From the NCBI GenBank assembly GCA_041859205.1, contig JBHEKU010000166.1, forward strand, positions 373-64,372: a stretch of DNA of 64,000 nucleotides, read 5' to 3'. Origin of the DNA: Ignavibacteria bacterium. GTDB lineage: Bacteria; Bacteroidota; Ignavibacteria; Tepidaquicellales; Tepidaquicellaceae. This document shows positions 45,338 to 55,424 of the stretch, piece by piece (within the stretch, counting starts at the first letter, position 1; each line of letters starts with the position of its first letter). The translations under genes and the position numbers were made by a program. The notes beneath the pieces are model-generated. The model ran no database searches. It saw only the letters and a program-made list of their open reading frames with translations, and was not told the origin of the DNA.

Positions 45338-46456
45338 ATGGAAAATACACAAACACCATTCGAGCTGATAGATGAATTAGAGCACGAGCAGGTTGTATTT
45401 TGTTCAAGCAAGGAAACCGGATTAAAGGCTATAATCGGGATTCACAACACATCATTAGGACCGGCACTTGGGGGCACAAGAATGTGGCAGTATGCAAATG
45501 ATATGGAAGCACTGGTAGACGTATTAAGATTATCAAGAGGAATGACTTACAAAGCAGCAGTTGCCGGGCTAAACCTTGGCGGCGGAAAAGCTGTTATCAT
45601 AGGCGATTCCCGCACACAAAAATCAGAACAGTTATTCAGAGCATTCGGAAGATTTATCGAAGGTCTATCCGGAAGATACATTACAGCAGAAGACGTTGGT
45701 ACAAATGTAAAAGACATGGAGTATATAATGCAGGAAACACGCCACGTAACAGGTATCCCTGAAGAAGTCGGCGGAAGCGGAGACCCGTCTCCTGTAACTG
45801 CTTACGGAACTTATGTTGGTATGAAGGCATGCGCGCATGAAATTTACGGTTCGGATTCATTGAACGGTAAAAAAGTTGTTATTCAGGGCGCAGGCGGAAA
45901 CGTTGGAAAGCATCTTTGCAAGTTCTTACATAAAGAAGGCGCAGTACTTTTTGTAAGCGATTTGTATGAAGATAAATTAAAACCATTGGTAGATGAATTC
46001 AAAGCAACTGTAGTCGGTATGGATGATGTTTACTCAATAGAAGCAGATATATTTTCACCTGCAGCATTAGGCGCAATATTGAACGATGAAACAATTCCGC
46101 AGCTGAAAGTAAAAATTGTTGCAGGTGCTGCAAACAATCAGTTGAAAGATGAAAAGAAACACGGACAGATGTTAAAAGACAGAGGCATTTTATATGCTCC
46201 TGATTATGTAATCAACTCAGGCGGACTTATCAACGTTTACACTGAGCTTGAAGGATATAACAGAGAGAGAGCAATGAAGAAGGCATCGAGCATTTATGAT
46301 ATCGTACAGAACATTATCAATATTTCAAAATCAGAAAACATTCCTCCTCACTTAGCATCTGCGCAGGTTGCAATGGAAAGAATTAATAATATTTCCAATG
46401 CAAAGAAGATCAGAGTCTACAGAGATATGAATCTTTTCAAGATGAGAAATTCGTAA
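45338..46456 (+). CDS. leucine dehydrogenase (Glu/Leu/Phe/Val dehydrogenase family)
   Basis: Contains GPALGGTRMW, the catalytic-lysine region GLNLGGGKAVI, and the Rossmann segment VIQGAGGNVG. Confidence 0.9.
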   Translation: MENTQTPFELIDELEHEQVVFCSSKETGLKAIIGIHNTSLGPALGGTRMWQYANDMEALVDVLRLSRGMTYKAAVAGLNLGGGKAVIIGDSRTQKSEQLFRAFGRFIEGLSGRYITAEDVGTNVKDMEYIMQETRHVTGIPEEVGGSGDPSPVTAYGTYVGMKACAHEIYGSDSLNGKKVVIQGAGGNVGKHLCKFLHKEGAVLFVSDLYEDKLKPLVDEFKATVVGMDDVYSIEADIFSPAALGAILNDETIPQLKVKIVAGAANNQLKDEKKHGQMLKDRGILYAPDYVINSGGLINVYTELEGYNRERAMKKASSIYDIVQNIINISKSENIPPHLASAQVAMERINNISNAKKIRVYRDMNLFKMRNS

Positions 46457-46477
46457 AAGTAAATTGAACACTTAAAA

Positions 46478-46507
46478 GACCTGTCAGGTTTTTAATCCTG
46501 ACAGGTC
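46478..46507. repeat. CCTGTCAGG/CCTGACAGG hairpin (REP-like family member)
   Basis: GACCTGTCAGG-TTTTTAAT-CCTGACAGGTC lies directly after the dehydrogenase stop. The same stem sequence occurs at 1911-1995, 2304-2387 and 26233-26272. Confidence 0.8.
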
Positions 46508-46578
46508 AAAGTGGTTAACAAACATAACTCTCGCCGCGCTTTAGAAATAAACCGCGGCTTATTTTTTAAAGAAAAATT

Positions 46579-46767
46579 ATGGATACATTTGTTTGGGTAG
46601 CGGTAGTAGTGCTTATAATAGTAATTGCAATTGCTACAGTCACAACATCGGTAAATAAATACAGCAATAAACTTACGAAGAAATATCTGGATAAGTCCTT
46701 TGAGCAGGATGACGGAGATCCTGGTGAGCAGGATGCCAAGGTTACGAAAAATACAAAAGATGCGTAA
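46579..46767 (+). CDS. small membrane-anchored protein with an acidic tail
   Basis: 62-aa ORF with one TM helix (FVWVAVVVLIIVIAIATVTT) followed by a charged tail. Confidence 0.4.
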   Translation: MDTFVWVAVVVLIIVIAIATVTTSVNKYSNKLTKKYLDKSFEQDDGDPGEQDAKVTKNTKDA

Positions 46768-46973
46768 TCTGAAATGATAAGTACTAGAAAAACAACGAAA
46801 CAGAATTTTACGCTCAGAAAAATTTTCGGACTAAACTGTTGTTAAAATAATCTAAATAATTTTACTTAAATTTAATTGTTCTGTTTTAACAGTAATATAT
46901 TGCGCAAAAATAGAAAAAGCGTAACCTTAAATACAAAAGCTTTAAAATAACTCAAAACACATAAAATATATAA

Positions 46974-47318
46974 ATGACACTATCCGGTAAACTTTTAGAG
47001 ATATTCCAGACGAAAAACATAACAGATAAGTTCAAAAAGCGCGAATTTGTTGTAGAATATGCAGAAAATGCCAACTATCCGCAGACCATTTCCATGGAAA
47101 TGCAGCAGGATAATTGCAGTGCTTTGGATAAATTCAATACAGGCGATTACGTTGAAGTGACCTTTGACCTTCGCGGCAGAAAATGGGTAAGTCCGCAGGG
47201 CGATACAAAGTACTTCAATACACTCGTTGCCTGGAAGCTGGCAAGAGCAGGCGGAAATGATTCGGGCACAGAAGAGGTTCATATCGACCCTCAGGATCCG
47301 AACGATTTGCCGTTCTAA
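46974..47318 (+). CDS. DUF3127-like OB-fold protein
   Basis: LSGKLLEIFQTKNITDKFKKREFVV....QTISMEMQQDNCSALDKFNTGDYVEVTFDLRGRKW resembles the Bacteroidota DUF3127 family as I recall it. Confidence 0.6.
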   Translation: MTLSGKLLEIFQTKNITDKFKKREFVVEYAENANYPQTISMEMQQDNCSALDKFNTGDYVEVTFDLRGRKWVSPQGDTKYFNTLVAWKLARAGGNDSGTEEVHIDPQDPNDLPF

Positions 47319-47396
47319 GAGCCGGGCTTTCCCTCAAAAATATACCCTCAGATTCATTATATTATTAATTAAATTTGCCGGATTATTATAAGAGGG

Positions 47397-48458
47397 ATGC
47401 AAGAACCTATAAGAAAAAAGTATAAAGAGCGCAGCACAATCCTTGCTGCGCTTTATAATCTGCTGCCCGGTCTGGGGTATTTTTATATAGGGAAATTCCG
47501 CCTTGGAATTATTTTCGCACTGCTCTATCCATTTCTTTTTATAATTGTAAATTACATTTCGGATTATCTTCCTCCTAAAACAAATTCCATTTTCTTTCTT
47601 GGCTCGTATGTAGTTCTCGTTATCCTCCCTGTCATTCATGTTATAATTCGTGTACGAAAAGAGCAGCTTCATAAAGTTTACATTCTTCAGAGGTATAATA
47701 AAGTTCTGCTGTATATAATATTTGCAGGACTGGCTTATGTTTATACCGAGTATCTGAAAGATCTTACCTATGAAATTCACAGAATTCCCTCCAATAGCAT
47801 GCAGAATACTTTGCAAGTCAGCGATAGAGTCCTTGTAAAATATAACTGGTATGGAATTTATGATTCTTATTCCGGCAAGCGGCTCCTGAATTTCCATACA
47901 CCGAAGAAAAACGAAATAGTGGTTTATTCATCCGATGAAGAGGGGTATCGGGAGCTTTTTCTCAAGCGATTAGTCGGCGAGCCTCGCGATACGATTCATA
48001 TAATAGAGAGGAATGTTTTCATAAACGGAATTCAGGAGAGCGATAACCCGAATTTCAAATACGACAACATAAGGCGCGAAAGGGGATTCGTTAACTGGAA
48101 TATTTATCCAAAAGGGGCAAAATGGAACGAAGAAAATTACGGGCCGATTTATCTTCCTGCTAAAAATGATATAGTAAAAATTGATTCCAATAATATTGTT
48201 CTGTGGAAGCCGGTTATTATCCGCGAGCAAAACCAAAAGTTAAGTAAAGAGGAAAAGGAAATTCTCATAGGTAAAATCCTTGCAAAAGGGGAGTATGAAG
48301 TAAAAAATAATTATTACTTTATGCTGGGCGATAACAGAACGAATTCATGGGATAGCCGCTATACGGGCTTGATAAGCGAAGAAGATATTCTAGGGCGAGT
48401 GGAGTTTCTGGTTTATAATCCGGATGCATGGGAGAGGTTTGGGAAAATACTAAAGTAA
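47397..48458 (+). CDS. lepB: signal peptidase I with an extended N-terminal membrane domain
   Basis: Has the Ser nucleophile box SNSMQNTL, the general-base box FLKRLVGEPRD, and GDNRTNSWDSRY. Confidence 0.88.
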   Translation: MQEPIRKKYKERSTILAALYNLLPGLGYFYIGKFRLGIIFALLYPFLFIIVNYISDYLPPKTNSIFFLGSYVVLVILPVIHVIIRVRKEQLHKVYILQRYNKVLLYIIFAGLAYVYTEYLKDLTYEIHRIPSNSMQNTLQVSDRVLVKYNWYGIYDSYSGKRLLNFHTPKKNEIVVYSSDEEGYRELFLKRLVGEPRDTIHIIERNVFINGIQESDNPNFKYDNIRRERGFVNWNIYPKGAKWNEENYGPIYLPAKNDIVKIDSNNIVLWKPVIIREQNQKLSKEEKEILIGKILAKGEYEVKNNYYFMLGDNRTNSWDSRYTGLISEEDILGRVEFLVYNPDAWERFGKILK

Positions 48459-48461
48459 TCT

Positions 48462-49085
48462 CTACGCTCCCACTTTCTGCTTTATCAGGTCAATAATAAA
48501 ATCATAATCGGGCTCATGCTGAACGAAGTCAAGATTATCCGAAGGTACAATTAAAATAGGGGAGAGATTGTAATTTGAAATCCATTCTTCATAGCTTGTG
48601 TTTAGCAGCTCAAGATAAGATACATCAATATCTTTCTCAAAAACTCTTCCGCGTTTTTGAATTTGCTTTACTAAAGTTTCAGTATTTGCTTTAAGGTATA
48701 CAAGCAAGTCAGGTGGTTTAAGAAAATACGTCATCTCTGCAAAGAGCTGGCGGTAGTTTGCATAGTCTCTGTCAGTCATATTACCCATTGTATGTAAATT
48801 CTTTGCGAAGATTTCCACATCTTCGTAAATGCTTCTATCCTGTATCACTGATTTTTCATTCATAAGAATTTCCTTATGAGTTTTGAATCTATGCGATAAA
48901 AAATAAACCTGAAGGTTGAATGACCACCGCTTCATATCATCGTAAAAATCCTTTAGATAAGGGTTATCATCTACTGATTCAAAGTAAGGTGTGAAATCGA
49001 ACTGCTCTGCAATTTTTTTTGTAAGCGAAGATTTGCCTGAGCCTATATTTCCTGCTATAGAAATAAAGATTTTCTTATCGGTCAT
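48462..49085 (-). CDS. deoxynucleoside kinase
   Basis: Has the P-loop GNIGSGKSS and the DRSIYED (DRS) motif. Its length (~207 aa) fits the dNK family. Confidence 0.88.
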   Translation of the reverse strand: MTDKKIFISIAGNIGSGKSSLTKKIAEQFDFTPYFESVDDNPYLKDFYDDMKRWSFNLQVYFLSHRFKTHKEILMNEKSVIQDRSIYEDVEIFAKNLHTMGNMTDRDYANYRQLFAEMTYFLKPPDLLVYLKANTETLVKQIQKRGRVFEKDIDVSYLELLNTSYEEWISNYNLSPILIVPSDNLDFVQHEPDYDFIIDLIKQKVGA

Positions 49086-49141
49086 GGGTTAGGTACCTTA
49101 AGTAAAATTTTTAAAAGAATAAATGAGCGATTACGGGAAAT

Positions 49142-49171
49142 AAAAAAACCGTCCTGCTTTCACAGAACGGT
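49142..49171 (-). terminator. rho-independent terminator after rplS
   Basis: On the minus strand, ACCGTTCTG-TGAAAG-CAGGACGGT is followed by T7. Confidence 0.7.
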
Positions 49172-49189
49172 TTTTGATTGGAATGAAAA

Positions 49190-49585
49190 TTATGCTGTTG
49201 CGTCTGCTTTTTTATCAGCGCCTTCAACTATTAATGCTTTCTTTTTATCTTTAATCTTTGTAGCTGCTTTACCGGTAAGACCTCTTAAATAGTAAAGTTT
49301 AGCTCTTCTGATAGAACCTTCTTTTACGATATCGACCTTAGCAATTCTAGGTGAGTTCATCGGGAAAATTCTTTCGACGCCTACGCCGTTAGAAATTTTT
49401 CTGACGCGGAATGTTTTGCTGATGCCGCCGCCTTTTATTCCCATTACGATTCCTTTGAAAAGCTGGATTCTTTCTTTATCGCCTTCGATAACCTTTACGG
49501 AAACCGAAATTGTATCGCCGACGTGAAACTCCGGGGGGTTGGTTCTCAATTGCGCCGCTGTTACTAAATTAATTATTTTTTCCAT
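49190..49585 (-). CDS. rplS: 50S ribosomal protein L19
   Basis: [35 protein letters not shown]...[17 protein letters not shown] is diagnostic for L19. Confidence 0.95.
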   Translation of the reverse strand: MEKIINLVTAAQLRTNPPEFHVGDTISVSVKVIEGDKERIQLFKGIVMGIKGGGISKTFRVRKISNGVGVERIFPMNSPRIAKVDIVKEGSIRRAKLYYLRGLTGKAATKIKDKKKALIVEGADKKADATA

Positions 49586-49644
49586 TGTCGTTTACTCCCT
49601 AATGGTGTTTGTTATTATTAAAAAACTCTGTGATTTCTATTTTT

Positions 49645-49760
49645 CTTCCCCCTCCTTACGAAGGAGGGGGACTGAAGGGGCGGTTCAATTTGTTAACCAC
49701 CCCCAACCCCCTCCTTATTAGGGAGGGGGCATATAAACTGTTATGTCAGTGAACTTAGAA
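49645..49760. repeat. GC-rich hairpin repeats (CCCCCTCCTT..AAGGAGGGGG x2), partial relative of the multi-hairpin family
   Basis: Two perfect 10-bp-stem hairpins. The tail GGAGGGGGCATATAAACTGTTATGTCAG resembles GGAGGCTATATACTTAACAGCTCC at 14806-14830. Confidence 0.8.
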
Positions 49761-49797
49761 AACTTTATCTGTCTTTCTACTTTTTACTTACTACTTA

Positions 49798-50466
49798 TTA
49801 CTTCTTCTTACTCTTCCTGTACTTCGCTTTTGCCTTCTTCTCTCTCCACTCTTTTATCTTTGCATGATTTCCTGAAAGAAGTATATCCGGCACTTTGTAT
49901 TTACCATATTTCTCAGGTCTCGTATATAAGGGCGCATCAAAAACCGTATCTACCTGGAACGTATCAGTCAATGAGCTTTCGCTGTCTCCCAATGCTCCGG
50001 GAATTAATCTTGCAACTGCATCCATAAATATAACTGCGGCTAAATCTCCGCATGATAATACAAAATCTCCTATGGAAACTTCCTCTGTTGCCAGATATTT
50101 TATTACGCGTTCATCTATACCTTTATAGTGACCGCATAGCAGCATAAAATTCTGCTTAAGTGAAAAATCATTCGCTGCTTTTTGGTTCAATCTCTTCCCC
50201 TGTGGAGAAAAATTGATAATTGCATCGTACTCTCTTTCATTCTTCAGCTTTTCTGCGCATCTGAAAAACGGTTCGGGTTTAAGTATCATTCCGACTCCGC
50301 CGCCAAATGGCGAGTCATCTATCTGTCTGTACTTTCCTTCGGCATAATCTCTGAGATGATGAACATAAACTTCCACTAATCCTTTTTTTGTCGCTCTTCC
50401 TATTAAACCGTTTTCAATAGGAGAAGTCACAATTTTCGGATTAGCTGTTAGTATATCAAATCTCAT
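49798..50466 (-). CDS. trmD: tRNA (guanine37-N1)-methyltransferase
   Basis: Contains FGGGVGMILKPEP and LLCGHYKGIDERV, and sits in the conserved rimM-trmD-rplS context. Confidence 0.93.
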   Translation of the reverse strand: MRFDILTANPKIVTSPIENGLIGRATKKGLVEVYVHHLRDYAEGKYRQIDDSPFGGGVGMILKPEPFFRCAEKLKNEREYDAIINFSPQGKRLNQKAANDFSLKQNFMLLCGHYKGIDERVIKYLATEEVSIGDFVLSCGDLAAVIFMDAVARLIPGALGDSESSLTDTFQVDTVFDAPLYTRPEKYGKYKVPDILLSGNHAKIKEWREKKAKAKYRKSKKK

Positions 50467-50471
50467 AATTA

Positions 50472-51011
50472 TTATTCCAGAAAGCCTTCAATAAGCTCTA
50501 CAATAATTTTTTTTTCATCTGCATCGATGCTTTTCACAAACTCTTCACGATAGGGAATTAATATTTCTTTTCCCTCAATGCTTTTTACATTGAGTATATC
50601 ATGCGAGCCGTAGTTATCTATCTTTTCCAGAGTACCCAGCAATTCATTTCCGTTAAAAACATTAAAGCCGATTATCTCATAGTGAAAATATTTTCCTTTG
50701 GGAAGCTTTAATTTCTCTTCTTCAGGTATAAGAATTTCATAATGAACGAATGCCGCTGCCTCTTCTTTTGAATTTATTCCTTCAAGCTTTATTGTAATCT
50801 GCGAATGTGTTACATCGCATTTTTCAATTTTGAATTCAAATTCATCATTCGGATTCAGCGCGAACAAAGATTTCCTTTCATCAAAAAGATAAACTCTTTT
50901 TAACTTGAGAAATCTCTCGGGATATTCTGTAAACGGAGTTACTTTCAACAGTCCTTTTATTCCTGAGCATCCGCTCAATTTACCTATGCAAATGAAATCG
51001 TTGTATTCCAA
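50472..51011 (-). CDS. rimM: 16S rRNA processing protein RimM
   Basis: Has an IGKLSGCSGIKGLLKV N-terminal barrel and a PRC-barrel C-terminal part, in the conserved gene order. Confidence 0.88.
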   Translation of the reverse strand: MEYNDFICIGKLSGCSGIKGLLKVTPFTEYPERFLKLKRVYLFDERKSLFALNPNDEFEFKIEKCDVTHSQITIKLEGINSKEEAAAFVHYEILIPEEEKLKLPKGKYFHYEIIGFNVFNGNELLGTLEKIDNYGSHDILNVKSIEGKEILIPYREEFVKSIDADEKKIIVELIEGFLE

Positions 51012-51026
51012 TATTAGTACAAATAA

Positions 51027-51281
51027 TTATTGCTGCTCGTGTTTTTCGTGTCTATCCGGTATTTCAAGAATTGCAATTCTGCCTTGTTTGGCTGCTATTG
51101 CTCCAAGTAAAGTTCTGATTGCCTTTGCCGTTCTGCCCTGCTTGCCAATCACTTTACCGGTTTCCGTTTCGTCCACAAAAAGTTTGTATTTAATTTTGTT
51201 TCCGTCTTCTGTTTCTTCTATTACTACTGCTTCAGGCTTATCGACCAAATGCTGGGCGATAAATTCAATGAAGTTTTTCAT
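51027..51281 (-). CDS. KH-domain RNA-binding protein (YlqC-like)
   Basis: Has the GKVIGKQGRTAKAIRTLL GxxG KH motif and lies between rpsP and rimM. Confidence 0.85.
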   Translation of the reverse strand: MKNFIEFIAQHLVDKPEAVVIEETEDGNKIKYKLFVDETETGKVIGKQGRTAKAIRTLLGAIAAKQGRIAILEIPDRHEKHEQQ

Positions 51282-51480
51282 GTTTGATCTCCTTTGGGGT
51301 AGTTTAATAGGAATCTTAACTGCTAAAGAAAAACTTTCTCACTAGAATACGGACTCAGAATTAGCCGTGTAATATACTCATGTATATTAGCCGCATTGTT
51401 ATTCTCGCTTTGCCCGCCCTGATATAACTTAATGCTCCCAACAAGTTAATGAAGGGGAACTTATAAATTACAAATTAAAA

Positions 51481-51891
51481 TTAAGCGGTCTTCTCAGCTT
51501 TAGCTTCAGCTTCTTTTTTTGCTTTGTTTTCTTTTCTTCTTACTTTTTTAGCTTTTGCTGTTTCTGCTTTTCTGCTTCTATCAGCTATGAACTTATTATA
51601 TTCATCTGTGATTTTTGTCTCATCAGCACCTTTTCTTGTAAGATGAAGCTTTAGCATGAAGCCTTCTTTACTTAGAATGCTTCTTACTGTATCAGTCGGC
51701 TGTGCGCCGTTGTTCAGCCAGTAGCTTACTCTTTCGTCTTTCAAAGTTACTACTGCCGGTTCAGCATTCGGATTATAATGTCCGACTGATTCGATGAATC
51801 TTCCATCTCTTGGTGAACGGGAGTCTGCAGCAACTATTTTGTAAACGGGATAAGCTTTCTTTCCCATTCTTTTTAGTCTTAATTTAACCAC
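51481..51891 (-). CDS. rpsP: 30S ribosomal protein S16 with a lysine/alanine-rich C-terminal extension
   Basis: [34 protein letters not shown] is diagnostic for S16. Confidence 0.95.
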   Translation of the reverse strand: MVKLRLKRMGKKAYPVYKIVAADSRSPRDGRFIESVGHYNPNAEPAVVTLKDERVSYWLNNGAQPTDTVRSILSKEGFMLKLHLTRKGADETKITDEYNKFIADRSRKAETAKAKKVRRKENKAKKEAEAKAEKTA

Positions 51892-51927
51892 GTTTTTGTG
51901 TATCTCCTTTTATATTATTAATTATTT

Positions 51928-53283
51928 TTATTTAAATTTCATTTGGTTCATAAAGTTTGGCGGCAGTTTCATTTTCTTCATCATGCCTTTTGCTTTATTT
52001 TCATTGAAGCCTTTCATCATTTTTGCCATATCTTCATACTGCTTTATAACTTTATTTACTTCCTGTATCTGGTTTCCGCTTCCGTTGGCAATCCTTCTTC
52101 TGCGTAAGCCGTTTATTATTTTAGGATTTGCTCTTTCTTCTTTAGTCATCGATTGTATCACTGCTTCAACTCTTACCATTACTTTTTCATCAATCTCTTT
52201 GCCCTGCATTGCTTTTGCTGCGCCGGGAATCATAGAGAGTAAGCTTGTAAGCGAACCCATTTTTTTTATCTGCTTTATGTACATTAAGAAGTCATCGAAA
52301 TCGAATTTATTTTTCGATAGCTTCTCTTCCATTTTTTCAGCTTCGCTGAAATCAAAATCCTGCTGGGCTTTTTCTACAAATGAAACTATATCACCCTTGC
52401 CCAAAATTCTGCCTGCCATTCTATCCGGATGAAACTCTTCCAATGCTTCAAGCTTTTCACCTATACCGACGAATTTAATTGGCTTTTGCACGACTGCTTT
52501 AATGGATAAAGCTGCACCGCCTCTTGTATCACCGTCTAATTTTGTAAGAACTACTCCGTCAAAATTCAGTTTTTCATTGAACGTTTTTGCAGTGTTAACT
52601 GCATCCTGTCCTGTCATCGCATCAACTACAAATAATATCTCGCCCGGGCTTACTGCATCTTTAATTGCGCGGACTTCATTCATCATCTCTTCATCGATAG
52701 CTAAACGTCCTGCAGTATCGATGAGCAACGTATCTCTTGCATTCTCTTTACAGTATTGAATTGCTGCTTTGGAAATCTTTACAGCATCTTTTTCACCATC
52801 GATGGAGAATACCGGTACACCGATTTGTTTACCAAGAACTTTTAATTGCTCTATAGCAGCTGGTCTGTATATATCGCAGGCAGCAAGTACAGGCTGCTTG
52901 CCTTTCGATTTTAAGTGTTTTGCAAGCTTTGCTGAAAAAGTTGTTTTACCCGAACCCTGCAAACCGACCATCATAATAATGGAAGGAATATCGTTTGTAA
53001 AATTTATATCAGCTTTTTCTGCGCCGAGAAGATTTATAAGCTCATCGTTGATTATCTTAACGATTAACTGTCCCGGTGTTATGCTTAGCAGTACATTTTG
53101 TCCTAATGATTTTTTCTTTACTTCTTCGAGGAAGGAAGTAACAACTTTGGAGTTTACGTCGGCATCGAATAATACTCTGCGTATTTCGCGGAGCGATTCG
53201 TCTATATTTTTTTCTGTTATCTTACCTTCACCGCGTATTTTTTTCAGTACGCCTTCCAGCTTCGAGGATAAATCGTCAAACAT
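51928..53283 (-). CDS. ffh: signal recognition particle protein Ffh
   Basis: Has the GTPase motifs GLQGSGKTT, DTAGR and TKLDGD, plus a Met-rich M domain (MMKGFNENKAKGMMKKM). Confidence 0.95.
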   Translation of the reverse strand: MFDDLSSKLEGVLKKIRGEGKITEKNIDESLREIRRVLFDADVNSKVVTSFLEEVKKKSLGQNVLLSITPGQLIVKIINDELINLLGAEKADINFTNDIPSIIMMVGLQGSGKTTFSAKLAKHLKSKGKQPVLAACDIYRPAAIEQLKVLGKQIGVPVFSIDGEKDAVKISKAAIQYCKENARDTLLIDTAGRLAIDEEMMNEVRAIKDAVSPGEILFVVDAMTGQDAVNTAKTFNEKLNFDGVVLTKLDGDTRGGAALSIKAVVQKPIKFVGIGEKLEALEEFHPDRMAGRILGKGDIVSFVEKAQQDFDFSEAEKMEEKLSKNKFDFDDFLMYIKQIKKMGSLTSLLSMIPGAAKAMQGKEIDEKVMVRVEAVIQSMTKEERANPKIINGLRRRRIANGSGNQIQEVNKVIKQYEDMAKMMKGFNENKAKGMMKKMKLPPNFMNQMKFK

Positions 53284-53409
53284 TCGTTAGTCTTTCGTAG
53301 TTTATTCTGTAATTTTTTCTATACAAAAAATACGTTCCAACGCCAAAGCCCTGGAACGCTTATATTGTACATTAATAGTTATGTATTGCAAATTACCGAA
53401 TTATAAAGA

Positions 53410-53470
53410 TTTTTACAAGGGAAATTACGATGTGTGAACGGGAAATTTTACACCTAAGTGTTGTAAAAAT
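53410..53470 (-). promoter_or_regulatory. conserved ~60-bp intergenic motif, copy A
   Basis: The plus strand reads TTTTTACAAGGGAAATTACGATGTGTGAACGGGAAATTTTACACCTAAGTGTTGTAAAAAT. It lies between the TPR gene stop and the ffh start. Confidence 0.5.
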
Positions 53471-53511
53471 AGAATTTGAGTTTTTAGAGTTCTTTACTAA
53501 ACTAAAGAAAT

Positions 53512-54549
53512 TTACTTTTGTGCATTCTTTATCTTTTTAATATATAACTTAGGCAGTTCATCTTTTGGGTTTATTTTAAGTATTTGGTTATAATCTTTAA
53601 GTGCTTTCTCGTAATCTTCTTGTATAGTATAAATTTTCCCTCTGGTGTAAAGTGAATATATGTCTTCCGGGTTCAATAGTAATGCGCGATTTAAATACAA
53701 AAGAGATTTTGTATAATTTAGTTGATCATAATAAACTCCACCAAGAATTCCATATGGATAATAAGATGTTGAATCAAGTATAATTGATTTTTCTAAGTCA
53801 GTAATACTTTTTTTATATTGTTTAGCATCAGAATAAGCTGAGCCGCGTAGTGAAAATAATATTGCATCGCTACCGTCTATAGCTATTGCTTTAGTGGAGT
53901 ATTTTATCGCATTTTTTGAATCCTTTATAAGAAGATAGCAACGAGCCAAGTTTGTTAAATCATATAAATTACTCGGCTCTATTGAAAGTGCTTTTTGAAA
54001 GTCAGCAATTGCTTTATCGTACTCACCTAACCTGTAATATTCAAACCCTCTATTTCCAAATGGTCTTTCGTCTTTAGGATTTAATTCTATACTTGTTGAA
54101 AAATCTTCAATTGCTTTTTTATTATCTGGTATCATGGAATATGCATAACCCCTGTTGTAATAATAATCGGCTTCATTTGGCTTAAGATTTATTGCTATGG
54201 TAAATTGTTCAACTGCTTCTTTAAAATTCTTATAATTTTTATAAACCAAACCAAGATTACTCTGACTTATATCATCAACCGGGTCAATACTTACTGCCTT
54301 TACCAGATCTTTTTCAGCATTGGCATTATCTTTTAACAGCAGATATGATGCACCCCGATAAGCATAAATTTTTGTAAGAGAGGAATCAGCTTCAAGTGCT
54401 TTAGAATAAAACTCGATTGCTTTACTCGAATTACGTTGAATATAACAAGAGTCTGCTAAATGCAGATAGTCTTTTGCACTTGTCTGAGCAAATAAAAAAT
54501 CACAATAAGAAGTGATTACCAAAAATATAAAATACAGAATAATCTTCAT
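53512..54549 (-). CDS. tetratricopeptide-repeat protein (secreted)
   Basis: Has a signal peptide and eight or more 34-aa TPR units (A..Y..AL..DP pattern). Confidence 0.85.
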   Translation of the reverse strand: MKIILYFIFLVITSYCDFLFAQTSAKDYLHLADSCYIQRNSSKAIEFYSKALEADSSLTKIYAYRGASYLLLKDNANAEKDLVKAVSIDPVDDISQSNLGLVYKNYKNFKEAVEQFTIAINLKPNEADYYYNRGYAYSMIPDNKKAIEDFSTSIELNPKDERPFGNRGFEYYRLGEYDKAIADFQKALSIEPSNLYDLTNLARCYLLIKDSKNAIKYSTKAIAIDGSDAILFSLRGSAYSDAKQYKKSITDLEKSIILDSTSYYPYGILGGVYYDQLNYTKSLLYLNRALLLNPEDIYSLYTRGKIYTIQEDYEKALKDYNQILKINPKDELPKLYIKKIKNAQK

Positions 54550-54597
54550 AGAGATTGAAGTAAAAATTTTAAAAAATAAAATAATTCAGAAGTGAAA

Positions 54598-54660
54598 TTT
54601 ATACAAGGGAATACGATATGTAAAACGGGAATTTTTACACTAAAGTACTGTAAAAAAAAT
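54598..54660 (-). promoter_or_regulatory. conserved ~60-bp intergenic motif, copy B
   Basis: The plus strand reads TTTATACAAGGGAATACGATATGTAAAACGGGAATTTTTACACTAAAGTACTGTAAAAAAAAT, 50-110 nt upstream of the TPR gene start (54549). Confidence 0.5.
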
Positions 54661-54851
54661 TATTTGAAAATTTTCCTTTTGATTTAATTTGAAAGATTGA
54701 AACTAAAATCCGATTCTATGCATTATTATTCTGATTAAGAAAAGTAGAATAATATTAGTTCAGGTACCGAAATGCTATAATATTGCTACTGAATCCGTAA
54801 TTGAATTAAAGTATTTTACTACTCAACTCTAAAAGAAAAAATAATTATAAA

Positions 54852-55424
54852 ATGATTGAATTTTTACGTCAGCCATGGCATTGGTCTGTAGCCGGTGTTT
54901 TGATTGGGTTAATTGTTCCCGTTTTACTTCTATTGGGAAATAAGAAGCTGGGAGTTTCCTCATCATTAAGACATTTTTGCGCAATGTGCATGCCTTCTAA
55001 CATTTCCTTTTTTAAATACGACTGGAAGAATGAAATTTGGAATTTAGTTTTTATAGCAGGAATTTTTATCGGGGGATTTTTAGCAGCTAATTTTTTGCAG
55101 AATCCTAATCCTATAGAAATTACTGATTCTGCCAGGGAATCTTTTATAAATCTTGGCATTAAAGATTTCAGCCTGTTAATGCCTGTAGAAATCTTTTCGT
55201 GGAAAAATCTCTTTACCCCGGTCGGATTAATATTTTTTGTATTTGGCGGATTTCTTATCGGCTTTGGTACGCGTTATGCCGGAGGATGCACTTCAGGACA
55301 TACAATTATGGGTTTATCAAACCTGCAGTTACCATCACTATATGCATCAATTGCTTTTATGGTTGGCGGATATTTATCCGCAAATTATCTGATTCCATTA
55401 ATCTTTAAATTACTATTTGCTTGA
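54852..55424 (+). CDS. YeeE/YedE-family sulfur-compound transporter, subunit 1
   Basis: Multi-TM protein with the GGCTSGH motif characteristic of YeeE/YedE. Confidence 0.8.
   Translation: MIEFLRQPWHWSVAGVLIGLIVPVLLLLGNKKLGVSSSLRHFCAMCMPSNISFFKYDWKNEIWNLVFIAGIFIGGFLAANFLQNPNPIEITDSARESFINLGIKDFSLLMPVEIFSWKNLFTPVGLIFFVFGGFLIGFGTRYAGGCTSGHTIMGLSNLQLPSLYASIAFMVGGYLSANYLIPLIFKLLFA

Noticed and set aside
47334-47897. 187-aa minus-strand ORF overlapping lepB
   Set aside because: It overlaps the motif-bearing signal peptidase I gene on the plus strand, and its own translation has no recognisable features.
51896-53290. Plus-strand ORFs 51896-52432, 52502-52759 and 52769-53290
   Set aside because: These are antisense shadows of ffh. 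They have low-complexity S/F/I-rich translations, while the minus strand carries unmistakable Ffh motifs.
53410-54660. An integron-like cassette (TPR gene flanked by attC-like imperfect palindromes)
   Set aside because: There is no intI integrase and no GTTRRRY/RYYYAAC core sites at the motif ends. The flanking genes are housekeeping (ffh).
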